A stretch of 64,000 nt of DNA from Candidatus Pacearchaeota archaeon (GTDB lineage: Archaea; Nanobdellota; Nanobdellia; Pacearchaeales; GW2011-AR1): assembly GCA_017609175.1 (NCBI GenBank), contig JAFCEJ010000002.1, positions 2,782 to 66,781 on the forward strand. The letters run 5' to 3'. The position numbers and the translations under genes are program-made. Below the pieces are notes generated by a model, which saw only the letters and a program-made list of their open reading frames with translations, had not been told where the DNA came from and searched no databases. Below, piece after piece: positions 23,878-33,446 of the stretch (positions are counted from its first letter, which is position 1; every line of letters begins with the position of its first letter).

Positions 23878-25161
23878 ATGGTCGAAATAAAAGCAAAATC
23901 TGGCGATTATGTTAAGATATCTTTGATAAAAAAAGAATATCAGGGGACTTTATTAGAGACGCCAAAATCTGAAAAAGGGATTGTAATGTTAAAGCTTGAT
24001 TCTGGTTATAATATTGGAATTATTCGGAAAGAGATTTTGAAGGTTAAGGTTATCCGAAAGGGTTTTGATAAACAAGAGAAGATTGAAATAAAAAAAGATA
24101 AAGAGAAACCGAATATTGCTATGATAATTACTGGCGGGACAATTGCTGCACGATTGAATCCTAAGAAAGGGGGTGTTGATTGGCTTGATACTCCGGAAAG
24201 TTTATTTAAATTTTATCCGGGGCTTTTTGAGAAAGTTAATATTGTAAAAGTCGAGATTCCTTTTATGAAGGCATCAGAGGATATGGATTACAAAGACTGG
24301 CAAAAAATTGCGCGGGTTGCTGTTAGGCTGTTGAATGATAATAATATCAAAGGAATTATAATCACTCATGGAACTGATTTTTTACATTATACTTCTGCCG
24401 CACTGAGTTTCTTTTTGAGAGATTTGAATAAGCCGGTTGTTTTGACTTATTCGCAGAGAAGTATTGACCGTGCTTCATCAGATGCAAATTTAAATCTTCA
24501 ATGTTCTGCATTGGCTGCAATTTCAGATATTGCAGAGGTAATGTTGGTTGGACATGCGACCAGTAATGATGATTTTTGTTATGCGATGCCTGGAACAAAA
24601 GTTAGAAAGATGCACACCTCAAGAAGAGATACTTTTAAGGTTATAAATGCGACTCCTTTTGCAAAAATTTCTCCAGATTATTTTCAGGCACTTTCAGAAT
24701 ATAAAATTAGGCAGAAAGGTAAGGTTAAATTGGACACAAAATTCGAAGAAAAAATCGCTTTAGTTAAAGTTTATCCTGGACAGGACCCGAATATTTTGGA
24801 TTATTATGCTCGGAAAAAATACAAAGGAATTATTTTAGAAATGTCTGGGTTAGGGCATGCTCCTACACGGAGAGCGAGAAAAAGCTGGATTAATAAATTG
24901 AAAGAAATTCAGAAAAAAGGGGTTGTAGTTTGTGCAGTAGCTCAAACGATTTATGGAAGATTGAATCCTTGGGTTTATTCTAATGGACGGGAACTTTTGG
25001 AAACAGGAATTATTTATTTGGAGGATATGTTGGCAGAAACAGCTTTTGTAAAATTAGGATGGGTTTTAGGTCATAAAGAATGGGCAAAATCAAAAGAATC
25101 TATTAAAGAAAAAATGTTAGAAAATTTTGCACATGAATTGAATGATAGATTAGAAGAATGA
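23878..25161 (+). CDS. gatD: Glu-tRNA(Gln) amidotransferase subunit D
   Basis: 427 aa; N-terminal beta domain followed by an asparaginase-like domain (IITGGTIAA, ITHGTDFLHYTSAAL, GLGHAP). Confidence 0.9.
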   Translation: MVEIKAKSGDYVKISLIKKEYQGTLLETPKSEKGIVMLKLDSGYNIGIIRKEILKVKVIRKGFDKQEKIEIKKDKEKPNIAMIITGGTIAARLNPKKGGVDWLDTPESLFKFYPGLFEKVNIVKVEIPFMKASEDMDYKDWQKIARVAVRLLNDNNIKGIIITHGTDFLHYTSAALSFFLRDLNKPVVLTYSQRSIDRASSDANLNLQCSALAAISDIAEVMLVGHATSNDDFCYAMPGTKVRKMHTSRRDTFKVINATPFAKISPDYFQALSEYKIRQKGKVKLDTKFEEKIALVKVYPGQDPNILDYYARKKYKGIILEMSGLGHAPTRRARKSWINKLKEIQKKGVVVCAVAQTIYGRLNPWVYSNGRELLETGIIYLEDMLAETAFVKLGWVLGHKEWAKSKESIKEKMLENFAHELNDRLEE

Positions 25162-25596
25162 TTATTTTTTTCTACTAACTTTTCTCTCAATTTTTTCAAG
25201 TTTTGTTAAAATTTCTCTTATTTCTTTTTCTGCTTTTCTGTTTACTGCGTAATCAAATTGGGCTCTTAACCTATCTCTTTGATTTTCTCTATTTTGAGAC
25301 ATAAGAATTACTGGCGCTTGTATTGCTGCTAAACAAGATAGGACTAAATTTAAAAGTATAAATGGATAAGGGTCAAAAGGTTCTCCTAGATTGTATTTTC
25401 TAATCCAGTATACATTAATCGTCATCCATATAGCTAAGAATATTAAGAAACCAATTATGAATGCCCAGCTACCTGCCCATTTTGTCATCCAATCTGCTGC
25501 TTTTTGCCCAAAAGTTTTTGGAGCCCTAAATATTGGATGTTCTTTTGTTCCAAATAGATTAATCTGATTTTTATTTTTTACCTCTTTTTGGACCAT
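25162..25596 (-). CDS. DUF1003-family membrane protein
   Basis: GSWAFIIGF...FDPYPFILLNLVLSCLAAIQAPVILMSQNRENQRDRLRAQFDYAVNRKAEKEI matches the DUF1003 pattern. Confidence 0.7.
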   Translation of the reverse strand: MVQKEVKNKNQINLFGTKEHPIFRAPKTFGQKAADWMTKWAGSWAFIIGFLIFLAIWMTINVYWIRKYNLGEPFDPYPFILLNLVLSCLAAIQAPVILMSQNRENQRDRLRAQFDYAVNRKAEKEIREILTKLEKIERKVSRKK

Positions 25597-25724
25597 AATA
25601 ATTTATGGAATTGTTTTTTTATAAAGTTTTGTTTGCGAAATTTATGTGAAATGTTTCGTATAGTTATTATTGGAGAGGGGTTACAAATAGAAAGATTTAA
25701 AAAGTTTGAGAGAAGTATGTTTTT

Positions 25725-25883
25725 ATGGAAAAAATAGTTTCACTTGAAGACTATGAGTCAAGGAAATATGCTGAAGGATTAGTTAAGAGAGATCTTATCA
25801 AAACAAATTTTTGCGTTGAAAATTTTTTTGATTTTGAAAGGCTTGTTTTAAAAGGAATAGCCGTATCTAATAAACTGAGCTAA
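25725..25883 (+). CDS. small hypothetical protein (52 aa)
   Basis: ORF below the track cutoff; its stop is 1 nt before the next ATG (25885), suggesting a coupled small-gene cassette. Confidence 0.25.
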   Translation: MEKIVSLEDYESRKYAEGLVKRDLIKTNFCVENFFDFERLVLKGIAVSNKLS

Positions 25884-25884
25884 A

Positions 25885-26151
25885 ATGGAAGGACATAAAC
25901 CCCATAAATTTGAATGTTTTCCTTTTTTTATTAAAAGCAAAAATGTAATTCTTCACTATACTTGTAATTCTCCTTCTTTAAGAATTTTAAGAAAATATGG
26001 TATTAAACCTGTTGGAACTGATTTTGGTTGTGCAAATGAAAGGGAAGTTTTAGAAATCCCTCTTGTTCTTTATAATAAAAAAGGTTTTTATGAGGTGGAT
26101 GATAAGAATATTTTGCAAATAAATCTGGAGAGATTGATGACGTTATCTTAG
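25885..26151 (+). CDS. hypothetical protein (88 aa)
   Basis: ORF with four Cys and no recognised motif; second gene of the three-ORF cassette between gatD and gatE. Confidence 0.35.
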   Translation: MEGHKPHKFECFPFFIKSKNVILHYTCNSPSLRILRKYGIKPVGTDFGCANEREVLEIPLVLYNKKGFYEVDDKNILQINLERLMTLS

Positions 26152-26190
26152 TCTATATAATTATAAATATTCTGAATCCTCTAAATTTAT

Positions 26191-26457
26191 ATGAAAATAA
26201 TTAATCTTGATTATAATCCTATTCTTCAGGAATATGTTATAGATTATGGGCCAAATCATAAAAATAGGAGGAGGTTATGTGGTCCTGATAGAAAAGAATT
26301 GATTGATTCTTTAAAAACCGAGATAGATTTTAAGAGGAACATTGAGCTTTATTTGACTCCGTTGGTTGAGCAAATTGTTGGTAATGATATTCGAGATTTA
26401 TTTCGGGAAACAAAAGTTCTTGTTAAGATTAAAAAGTCTTTGATAGATAAAATTTAA
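26191..26457 (+). CDS. hypothetical protein (88 aa)
   Basis: ORF with a TATA-like TATATAAT about 28 nt upstream of the ATG; no recognised motif. Confidence 0.35.
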   Translation: MKIINLDYNPILQEYVIDYGPNHKNRRRLCGPDRKELIDSLKTEIDFKRNIELYLTPLVEQIVGNDIRDLFRETKVLVKIKKSLIDKI

Positions 26458-26482
26458 TAAACTCTTTTGCTTTATTCTTTTT

Positions 26483-27922
26483 ATGAGCGGGCAAAAGGAT
26501 TATAAAAAATTGGGTTTGAAATGTGGATTGGAAATTCACCAACAATTGGATACTAAGAAATTATTTTGTGAATGTCCGTCTGTTTTGAGAAGCGAAGAAC
26601 CCGATTTTATTATTACACGAAAACTTCATGCTGTTGCTGGAGAGAGTGGAGAAATCGATATTGCTGCTGCTTATCAGGCTGGTTTAGAAAAAGAATTTGT
26701 TTATCAAGGTTATAATGAAAATACTTGTTTAGTTGAGTTGGATGAAGAACCTCCTCATGAGATTAATCAAGAGGCTTTGAAAATTGCTATTCAGATTGCG
26801 CTTTTGTTAAATGCTAAAATTCTTCCTTTGACTCAGGTAATGAGAAAAACAGTGATTAATGGATCTAATACTTCTGGTTTTCAGAGAACTGTTTTAATTG
26901 CACAAGATGGTTATGTTGAAACAAAGCAAGGAAGGATTGGAATTGAAACTATCTGTCTTGAAGAGGATGCTGCGAGAATTATTGATAAGACAGAGGACCA
27001 AATTATTTATCGGCTTGATAGGTTAGGGATACCTATGATTGAGATTGCAACTGCCCCAGATATTAAGACCCCAGAACAAGCAAAAGAAGTTGCTCTTTAT
27101 ATTGGAGAGATTCTTAGAAGCTGTAAAGTTAAAAGAGGAATTGGAACAATTAGGCAGGATGTTAATTTATCAATTAAAGGGCACCCAAGGGTTGAAATAA
27201 AAGGTTTTCAGGATCCTAGAATGTTTGTCAAGACGATTGAACTTGAAATTGAAAGACAGTTAAATAATAATGATAAAAAACCTGAAGTTAGGAGGGCTTT
27301 GTCTGACGGGACTACAGAATTTTTGAGACCAATGCCTGGAGCTGCAAGAATGTATCCTGAAACTGATTTACCTCTTTTAAAAGTTTCTAGAGATTTGATT
27401 AATGAAGTAAAGAAGACTCTTCCTAAATTAAAATCAGAGATTGAAGGAGATTTAAGAAAGACGGGATTAAATTTAGAGATGGTTAAATTGCTTTTAAAAT
27501 CAAAAAAAATTGATGAATTTAAGGAATTATTGAATGTTTTTGATAGACCTAATTTGATTGCTAAGATGTTGTTAATTTATCCAAAAGAAATTTCGCGTCA
27601 CGAGAATATTGATTTTGAAAGAGTTGAAAGATTTTTGAACAGAGACGCCATGATTTTTATTTTGGAGCAATCAAAGAAAAAGAAAATTTCTGAAGACCAG
27701 ATTAAACAAGTTATGATACGAATTGCTAAAGGAACTAAACCTCAAGATGCTGTTTTATTTAAGAAAGAAGATTTTAGTGTTATCGAAGAAAAGATTATGA
27801 AGTTAATTAGAGAGAAACCTGGTTTAAGTGAAAATGCTTACATGGGTTTGATTATGAAAAAGTTTAAAGGAAGAATTAGTGGAAAGGATGCTATTGATTT
27901 AATAAGGAAATTTATGGATTAA
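26483..27922 (+). CDS. gatE: Glu-tRNA(Gln) amidotransferase subunit E (short form)
   Basis: GLKCGLEIHQQLDTKKLFCECPS, VINGSNTSGFQRT, CLEEDAAR, GIGTIRQDVNLSI, PGAARMYPETDLP; YqeY-like tail. 479 aa. Confidence 0.85.
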   Translation: MSGQKDYKKLGLKCGLEIHQQLDTKKLFCECPSVLRSEEPDFIITRKLHAVAGESGEIDIAAAYQAGLEKEFVYQGYNENTCLVELDEEPPHEINQEALKIAIQIALLLNAKILPLTQVMRKTVINGSNTSGFQRTVLIAQDGYVETKQGRIGIETICLEEDAARIIDKTEDQIIYRLDRLGIPMIEIATAPDIKTPEQAKEVALYIGEILRSCKVKRGIGTIRQDVNLSIKGHPRVEIKGFQDPRMFVKTIELEIERQLNNNDKKPEVRRALSDGTTEFLRPMPGAARMYPETDLPLLKVSRDLINEVKKTLPKLKSEIEGDLRKTGLNLEMVKLLLKSKKIDEFKELLNVFDRPNLIAKMLLIYPKEISRHENIDFERVERFLNRDAMIFILEQSKKKKISEDQIKQVMIRIAKGTKPQDAVLFKKEDFSVIEEKIMKLIREKPGLSENAYMGLIMKKFKGRISGKDAIDLIRKFMD

Positions 27923-27969
27923 TTGTAGATTATTATATATTTCATATAACATCTTTTAGATAATATATT

Positions 27970-28200
27970 TTATAATCTATATTTCTCATTATACTCTTCT
28001 ATTAATGGTTCTAAAACGAATCTGCATTTATTTTCATAATACGGGCAACATTTTTTTGTTATATTGTGATTGTCGCTTCTGCACTTTGTAATATCGCAAT
28101 TATTGTCAAGAAAACAACCCATTGTTAAATTTATTACTTTGTTTTCTCTTGATTTTTTTAATATTTCTTCAACTTTTTTCTTCAACTCTTCTCTTGCCAT
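27970..28200 (-). CDS. small Cys-rich protein, unknown function
   Basis: 76 aa with six Cys in GCFLDNNCDITKCRSDNHNITKKCCPYYENKC; possible metal- or Fe-S-binding. Confidence 0.35.
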   Translation of the reverse strand: MAREELKKKVEEILKKSRENKVINLTMGCFLDNNCDITKCRSDNHNITKKCCPYYENKCRFVLEPLIEEYNEKYRL

Positions 28201-28267
28201 TTCTTATAACAAAGATTTAATATAAAAATTTAGTTATGTTTAAATATAATAAAATCTTTTGTTGTTT

Positions 28268-29560
28268 ATGGAATTTGATTTGAAGAAATTTAATGAGAAG
28301 AGAAAATTGATTAAAAATGTGAAATCTGGTAAGGTAGAGGTGGCTGGTTGGGTTTATAATACTCGTGCTTTGGGAAAAATAAAATTTCTTCTATTAAAGG
28401 ATATTTCTGGATTGATTCAAATTACTGCTGTTAAAGGAAAGGTTAAAGATGAAATTTTTGAGATGCTTGATAAAATTTCTTCTGAATCGGTTGTTTATGT
28501 TAAGGGTTCTGTGAAGTCTTCAAAACAGGCGCCCGGTGGCAGAGAGATTGTTCCAGATGAAATTAAAATTATTTCAAAGGCAGATGCGCTTCCGATTGAT
28601 GTTTCTGATTTTTCAAAGACAGAATTACCTAAGAGGTTAGATTTCAGGTTTTTGGATTTGCATCGTAGAAAGATCCAGGCTATTTTTAAAATTAAATCAA
28701 CCATGATGCAGGCATTTAGAGAATTTATGGTTAATGAAGGGGGGATTGAGGTTCAACTTCCTTCAATAATTAGTTCTTCGAGCGAAGGCGGGACAGAACT
28801 TTTTGAAGTGAAGTATTTTAATAAAAAGGCTTTTTTGAGTCAAAGCTGTCAGTTATACAAACAAATGTTGGCTTGTTCTATGGAGAAAGTTTTTGCGATT
28901 TTTAGTGTTTGGAGAGCAGAGAAACACAATACTACTCGGCATTTGAATGAATCAAGGCAATTTGATTTTGAGATGGCGTTTGCTGACGAGTTTGTTGTTA
29001 TGGATGTTTTGGCAAGGTGCGTTCAATATATTGTTAAAAAAGTTCTTGAAAAAAATAAACAAGAATTGAATTTGTTAGGTGTTAAATTAAAAATTCCTAA
29101 GGTTAAATACATGACTTTTGAGCAAGTTGCAAAATTGATGAAACAAAATGGTGTTAAGATGGATAAAGATGATTTAAGTATTGAGGCAGAGAAAAAGCTT
29201 GGCGAGTTATTTCCAGATACAATTGTTTTTGTTCATGATTGGCCTTTATCAAGCAAACCTTTTTACATTATGCCAAAAGGAGAGAAATTATCAAGAGGAT
29301 TTGATGCTATTTATCAGGGAGTGGAGATTTCTTCTGGTGGGCAAAGGATTCATATTCCTGAATTATTGGAGAAGAGATTAAAAGCAAAAGGATTAAAGCC
29401 GAAGGATTTTAAATCTTATATTGATAGTTTTAGGTATGGGGCTCCACCGCATGCAGGATGGGGGATGGGTGTTGAAAGACTTTTAATGCAAATGTTAAAT
29501 TTACCAAATATTAGGGAGGCTGTTCTATTTCCAAGAGATAGAGACAGATTGGTTCCGTAA
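28268..29560 (+). CDS. aspS: aspartyl-tRNA synthetase (archaeal type)
   Basis: OB anticodon-binding domain (VAGWVYNTRALGKIKFLLLKDISGLIQI), class II core, C-terminal GMGVERLLM...AVLFPRDRDRLVP. ATG at 28268 preferred over the TTG at 28259. Confidence 0.9.
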   Translation: MEFDLKKFNEKRKLIKNVKSGKVEVAGWVYNTRALGKIKFLLLKDISGLIQITAVKGKVKDEIFEMLDKISSESVVYVKGSVKSSKQAPGGREIVPDEIKIISKADALPIDVSDFSKTELPKRLDFRFLDLHRRKIQAIFKIKSTMMQAFREFMVNEGGIEVQLPSIISSSSEGGTELFEVKYFNKKAFLSQSCQLYKQMLACSMEKVFAIFSVWRAEKHNTTRHLNESRQFDFEMAFADEFVVMDVLARCVQYIVKKVLEKNKQELNLLGVKLKIPKVKYMTFEQVAKLMKQNGVKMDKDDLSIEAEKKLGELFPDTIVFVHDWPLSSKPFYIMPKGEKLSRGFDAIYQGVEISSGGQRIHIPELLEKRLKAKGLKPKDFKSYIDSFRYGAPPHAGWGMGVERLLMQMLNLPNIREAVLFPRDRDRLVP

Positions 29561-29596
29561 TGATATGTTTTTAAATTGATTTCTCTAAATTTAGAT

Positions 29597-30388
29597 ATGA
29601 AAATCTTAGTTATTGGTGACCCGCATGGAAAGTTGCCTAAGAGAATTCCGAAAAAAGTAGATTTAATTTTAATAACAGGGGATATTGGGAAAGCTGATTT
29701 GGCAAGAAAGAAATTTTTTGAGAATATAAAAAGGAAGAGTGGGGGTTTGCCAGAGAAAGAATATTCTCCTAAACAAGAAAAAGAACTTTATATGGAGATT
29801 TATAATTCAACTTTAAAAGTGTTAAAATCTCTATCAAAATTTGCTCCTGTTTATAGTATTTTGGGAAATGTGGGGGTTCTTACTGATGTCCAAGTAAAAA
29901 AAGAGCGAGAAAAATTAGGAATAAATTTGCCTTATATTAGGCCAGAAATTGCTAATATAAAAAATTTCCATCTTGTTAGAAATAGCATTAGAAATATTGG
30001 GGGATTAAGAGTAGGTTTTTTGGAACACTTTAATGATATGTCTTGGATTAAAGAATTTAAGGAAAAAGATAAGGATGCTATTAAAACTGCAAGAAAACAG
30101 ACAATTAAAGCTAAAAAAATTTTGAAATGGTTTGATTATGTTGATATTTTAGTTTGTCATGCACCTCCTTATGGGGTTTTGGATAAGGTGAATTTTCCAG
30201 GTATTCCAAAAGATTGGAAAGGAAAACATGCAGGAAGTAAAGTTATTTTGGATTATATTAAGAAAAAACAACCTAGATATGTTTTTTGCGGGCATATTCA
30301 TGAGGGGAAAGGGAAAAAGAAAATTGGGAAGACAATTGTTTATAATGTTGGCAGTATGGGGGATTTTGTTTTATTAGATATTAAATAA
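29597..30388 (+). CDS. calcineurin-like metallophosphoesterase
   Basis: MKILVIGDPHGK, ITGDIGK, ILGNVG, CHAPPYG, CGHIHEG motifs. ATG at 29597 preferred over the TTG at 29576. Confidence 0.8.
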   Translation: MKILVIGDPHGKLPKRIPKKVDLILITGDIGKADLARKKFFENIKRKSGGLPEKEYSPKQEKELYMEIYNSTLKVLKSLSKFAPVYSILGNVGVLTDVQVKKEREKLGINLPYIRPEIANIKNFHLVRNSIRNIGGLRVGFLEHFNDMSWIKEFKEKDKDAIKTARKQTIKAKKILKWFDYVDILVCHAPPYGVLDKVNFPGIPKDWKGKHAGSKVILDYIKKKQPRYVFCGHIHEGKGKKKIGKTIVYNVGSMGDFVLLDIK

Positions 30389-30418
30389 TCTTATAAATAA
30401 GTTATTCTTTAGAAAATT

Positions 30419-30673
30419 ATGGATTTCCTGTGGCATAAAGTTTCTGAAAAAGAGAAAGACCAAATTAAGAAAGAGGCAAAACAAATTATGGATTCTTTTT
30501 CTAAGAAGTTGGCGAAGGTTGATAAGAAGATGGCAGAGCCAATTATTGAGAGAGACCAGTTTGAAAGGGACGAGGGGAAAGGAGGATGTGCTGAGATTGA
30601 TAGGAAAATTATGTTTGGTAATGCTCCTGAAAAAAATGATGATTTTATCATCGCGGAGAAAGGAAGATGGTAG
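30419..30673 (+). CDS. gatC: probable amidotransferase subunit C
   Basis: 84 aa immediately upstream of gatA. KLAKVDKKMAEP...FGNAPEKNDDFIIAEKG resembles the GatC pattern L..VDT..VEP....L.NAP......F.VP. Confidence 0.5.
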   Translation: MDFLWHKVSEKEKDQIKKEAKQIMDSFSKKLAKVDKKMAEPIIERDQFERDEGKGGCAEIDRKIMFGNAPEKNDDFIIAEKGRW

Positions 30674-30794
30674 AGATGAAAAATATAGTTATTGTTAATG
30701 AAAATCTTGAAGAATACAAAGAAAATTTTGATGTTATTATTTTGAATGATAGGGATTTTAATTATATAAATAAATTACTAAAAGAGATTATAAA

Positions 30795-32114
30795 ATGACT
30801 GTCGTAGAGAACTTAAAAAAATATCTTGCAGAGATTGAAAAAAATGACAGAAAAGGTAATAAGATAAATGCTTTTATTCAATTAAATCCTAAGGCGATAG
30901 AGGAAGCCAAAGTGATTGACGAAAAAATAAAAAAAGGTAATGCTGGAAAATTAGCCGGCAAGATTATTGCTGTGAAGTCTTGTATTAATGTTAAAGGACT
31001 TAATGTAACCTGCGCGAGCAAAACTTTGGAAAATTACAAGGCGCCTTATGATGCGACTGTGATAAAAAAAATTAAGGCAGAGGATGGTTTGATTATTGGG
31101 ATGACAAACATGGATGAATTTGCTAGTGGGGGGAGTGGCGAAACTTCTGCTTTTGGGCCTACGAAAAATCCTATTGTTTTGGATTTAATTCCTGGCGGTT
31201 CTTCATCAGGAAGTGTTGCGGCAGTGGCTGCTGGTTTTTGCGATATGGCGTTGGGAACTGATACTGGAGGTTCAATTCGGAATCCTTCATCACATTGTGG
31301 AGTTGTTGGTATAAAACCCACTTATGGAAGTGTTTCTCGTTATGGTTTAATTGATTTGTCAATGAGTTTAGACCAAATTGGACCAATTGCAAAAACCGTT
31401 GAAGATGCCGAATTATTATTGAATGTTATTCAGGGTAGAGATGAAAAAGATTCTGTTAGCCAAAGCTTGGAATGTTCTAAGAAATCAATAAAGACTATTG
31501 GTATTTTAGATTTACAGAGAATAAAATGTGACGAGAGAATTAAGAGATTGGTTGATGAAAAAATTCAGAAAGTAGTTAAAGAAAATAATTGGAAAATTAA
31601 AAAAATTAAATTGAATTATCTCGACTTAGCTATTGAGACATATTATCCTTTGGTCTATGTTGAATTTTTTTCTGCTACAAGAAGGTTTGATGGTCGGAGA
31701 TACGGCAAGAGGATTGAGGAAGTTGCTGGACCAGAGGTTTTGAGGAGGATTTTGGGTGGCAGCGAGATTTCAAAAGCAGAATATCATGGAAGGTATTATT
31801 ATCAGGCTTTGAAAGCGAAGAAATTGATTGAACAAGAATTTGAAAAAGCCTTTAAAGAAGTTGATGCTATTATTTGTCCAACAGTTCCAAGATTACCTCA
31901 TAAAATTGGAAGCAAGATTTCTGTTGAAGAAATGTATAGTTATGATGCTTTAACTATCCCTGCGAATTTAGCGGGAATTTGTGCTATTAGTGTTCTAGCT
32001 GGTAGGATTGGGGGAGTACCTGTAGGAATGCAAATTATGTGCGATAAATTCCAGGAAGCAAGGATGTTAGAAATTGCAAAAATGGTGGAGAGATTAAATA
32101 ACGAAAATCTTTAA
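30795..32114 (+). CDS. gatA: Asp-tRNA(Asn)/Glu-tRNA(Gln) amidotransferase subunit A
   Basis: Amidase signature GGSSSGSVAAVAAG...GTDTGGSIRNPSSHCGVVGIKPTYG; 439 aa. Confidence 0.9.
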   Translation: MTVVENLKKYLAEIEKNDRKGNKINAFIQLNPKAIEEAKVIDEKIKKGNAGKLAGKIIAVKSCINVKGLNVTCASKTLENYKAPYDATVIKKIKAEDGLIIGMTNMDEFASGGSGETSAFGPTKNPIVLDLIPGGSSSGSVAAVAAGFCDMALGTDTGGSIRNPSSHCGVVGIKPTYGSVSRYGLIDLSMSLDQIGPIAKTVEDAELLLNVIQGRDEKDSVSQSLECSKKSIKTIGILDLQRIKCDERIKRLVDEKIQKVVKENNWKIKKIKLNYLDLAIETYYPLVYVEFFSATRRFDGRRYGKRIEEVAGPEVLRRILGGSEISKAEYHGRYYYQALKAKKLIEQEFEKAFKEVDAIICPTVPRLPHKIGSKISVEEMYSYDALTIPANLAGICAISVLAGRIGGVPVGMQIMCDKFQEARMLEIAKMVERLNNENL

Positions 32115-32138
32115 AAGCAATTCCTGATTCTTTAAATT

Positions 32139-32804
32139 ATGCAAATTGGTGACGTTGAGATTAAATGGTTGGGGCACGCAGGATTTTTGATTAAGAATTC
32201 TCGTATGATTTATATTGACCCTTATAATATTCCTGAAACGAGCGAAAAGGCGGATTTAATTTTGATAACTCATAGTCATTATGATCATTGTAGTGTTGCT
32301 GATATGAACAAAGTTGTAAAAGAAGGAACTACCCTTGTGATTCCTGCTGATTGTCAGAGCAAGATAACTAAGTTTAATGTTCCTGTGAAAATGAAGATTG
32401 TTGAACCAGGGCAGGAACTGGATTTGGGAAACGTTAAAATAAATATTCTTCCTGCTTATAACGTTGATAAACCTTTTCATTCTAAAGAAGAGGGGTGGGT
32501 AGGTTATTTAATAAAAATGAATGATGTTTTGATATATCATGCTGGAGATACTGATGTTATTCCTGAAATGCAAAAATTAACAGGTTATGGTGGGAATGAA
32601 AAAGAATTTATTGCATTGCTTCCAGTTGGTGGAAGATTTACAATGACTGCAGAAGAAGCTGCTGATGCCGCGAAATTGATTAAACCTTCGCTGGCAATCC
32701 CAATACATTATGGAAGTATTGTTGGGACTGAAGAAGACGCTGAAGAATTTTGTAAATTATGTGAAGAGTTTGGAGTTAATGCTAAAATTCTGAAGAAAGG
32801 TTAG
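32139..32804 (+). CDS. metallo-beta-lactamase-fold hydrolase (UPF0173-like)
   Basis: LITHSHYDHC metal motif; 221 aa, the typical size of this archaeal/bacterial MBL subgroup. Confidence 0.8.
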   Translation: MQIGDVEIKWLGHAGFLIKNSRMIYIDPYNIPETSEKADLILITHSHYDHCSVADMNKVVKEGTTLVIPADCQSKITKFNVPVKMKIVEPGQELDLGNVKINILPAYNVDKPFHSKEEGWVGYLIKMNDVLIYHAGDTDVIPEMQKLTGYGGNEKEFIALLPVGGRFTMTAEEAADAAKLIKPSLAIPIHYGSIVGTEEDAEEFCKLCEEFGVNAKILKKG

Positions 32805-32879
32805 ATTATTTTTTCTATTTCGTTTTCCTGTTTCTTGAAAATTCTTAAATTATTTAAAGATTTGTTTTTTTAGGTTAGA

Positions 32880-33446
32880 ATGTTGCAGAATAATTTTGAA
32901 AAACGTAAGAATGATATTCTTTCAAAAATAGATAAATCTTCTAAGGGTGATTGGGATAGGAAAATTGTCAGACTTTGTAAGAAAATAAACAAACTTGATA
33001 ATTATTATACGACATCATCCTGTTCTGGAAGGATTATTATAATGCTTGACAGGGCTAAGAAAGAGAGCGGGTTGTTTATCAAAATTTATCACGATTTAAT
33101 CAGTTTTAAAAAACTAAAAACAGATTTGAATAATGTGGATAAATCTGATTTGATTAAATTCAAACAAGAACCATGCATTCTTCATGTTGCTTGCAGAACC
33201 TTGAAAGATGCTCAGGAATTACATGACAAAGCGAAACTTGCCGGATGGAAGAAATCAGGGATAATAGCATCAGGTAAGAGATTTATGCTTGAGTTATGTA
33301 GTACAGAAAAATTAGAATTTCCCATAATGAACAAAAAGAAGATTTTAGTTAGTGACGATTTCTTAAAAATTGTTGTGAAGAAGAGCAACGAGAACCTAAA
33401 AAAGAGCTGGGGGAAAATTAATAAACTTTCTTCTTTTATTAAATAG
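32880..33446 (+). CDS. taw3: tRNA wybutosine-synthesizing protein 3 homolog (Taw3/TYW3 methyltransferase)
   Basis: YYTTSSCSGRI motif and an N-terminal K..DK.SKG..D..I pattern characteristic of TYW3. Confidence 0.7.
   Translation: MLQNNFEKRKNDILSKIDKSSKGDWDRKIVRLCKKINKLDNYYTTSSCSGRIIIMLDRAKKESGLFIKIYHDLISFKKLKTDLNNVDKSDLIKFKQEPCILHVACRTLKDAQELHDKAKLAGWKKSGIIASGKRFMLELCSTEKLEFPIMNKKKILVSDDFLKIVVKKSNENLKKSWGKINKLSSFIK

Noticed and set aside
30676-30798. 40-aa ORF between gatC and gatA (MKNIVIVNENLEEYKENFDVIILNDRDF...), its stop overlapping the gatA ATG (ATGA)
   Set aside because: No motif, no ribosome-binding signal, and short AT-rich ORFs arise easily. It is kept as a possibility only; it needs conservation evidence.
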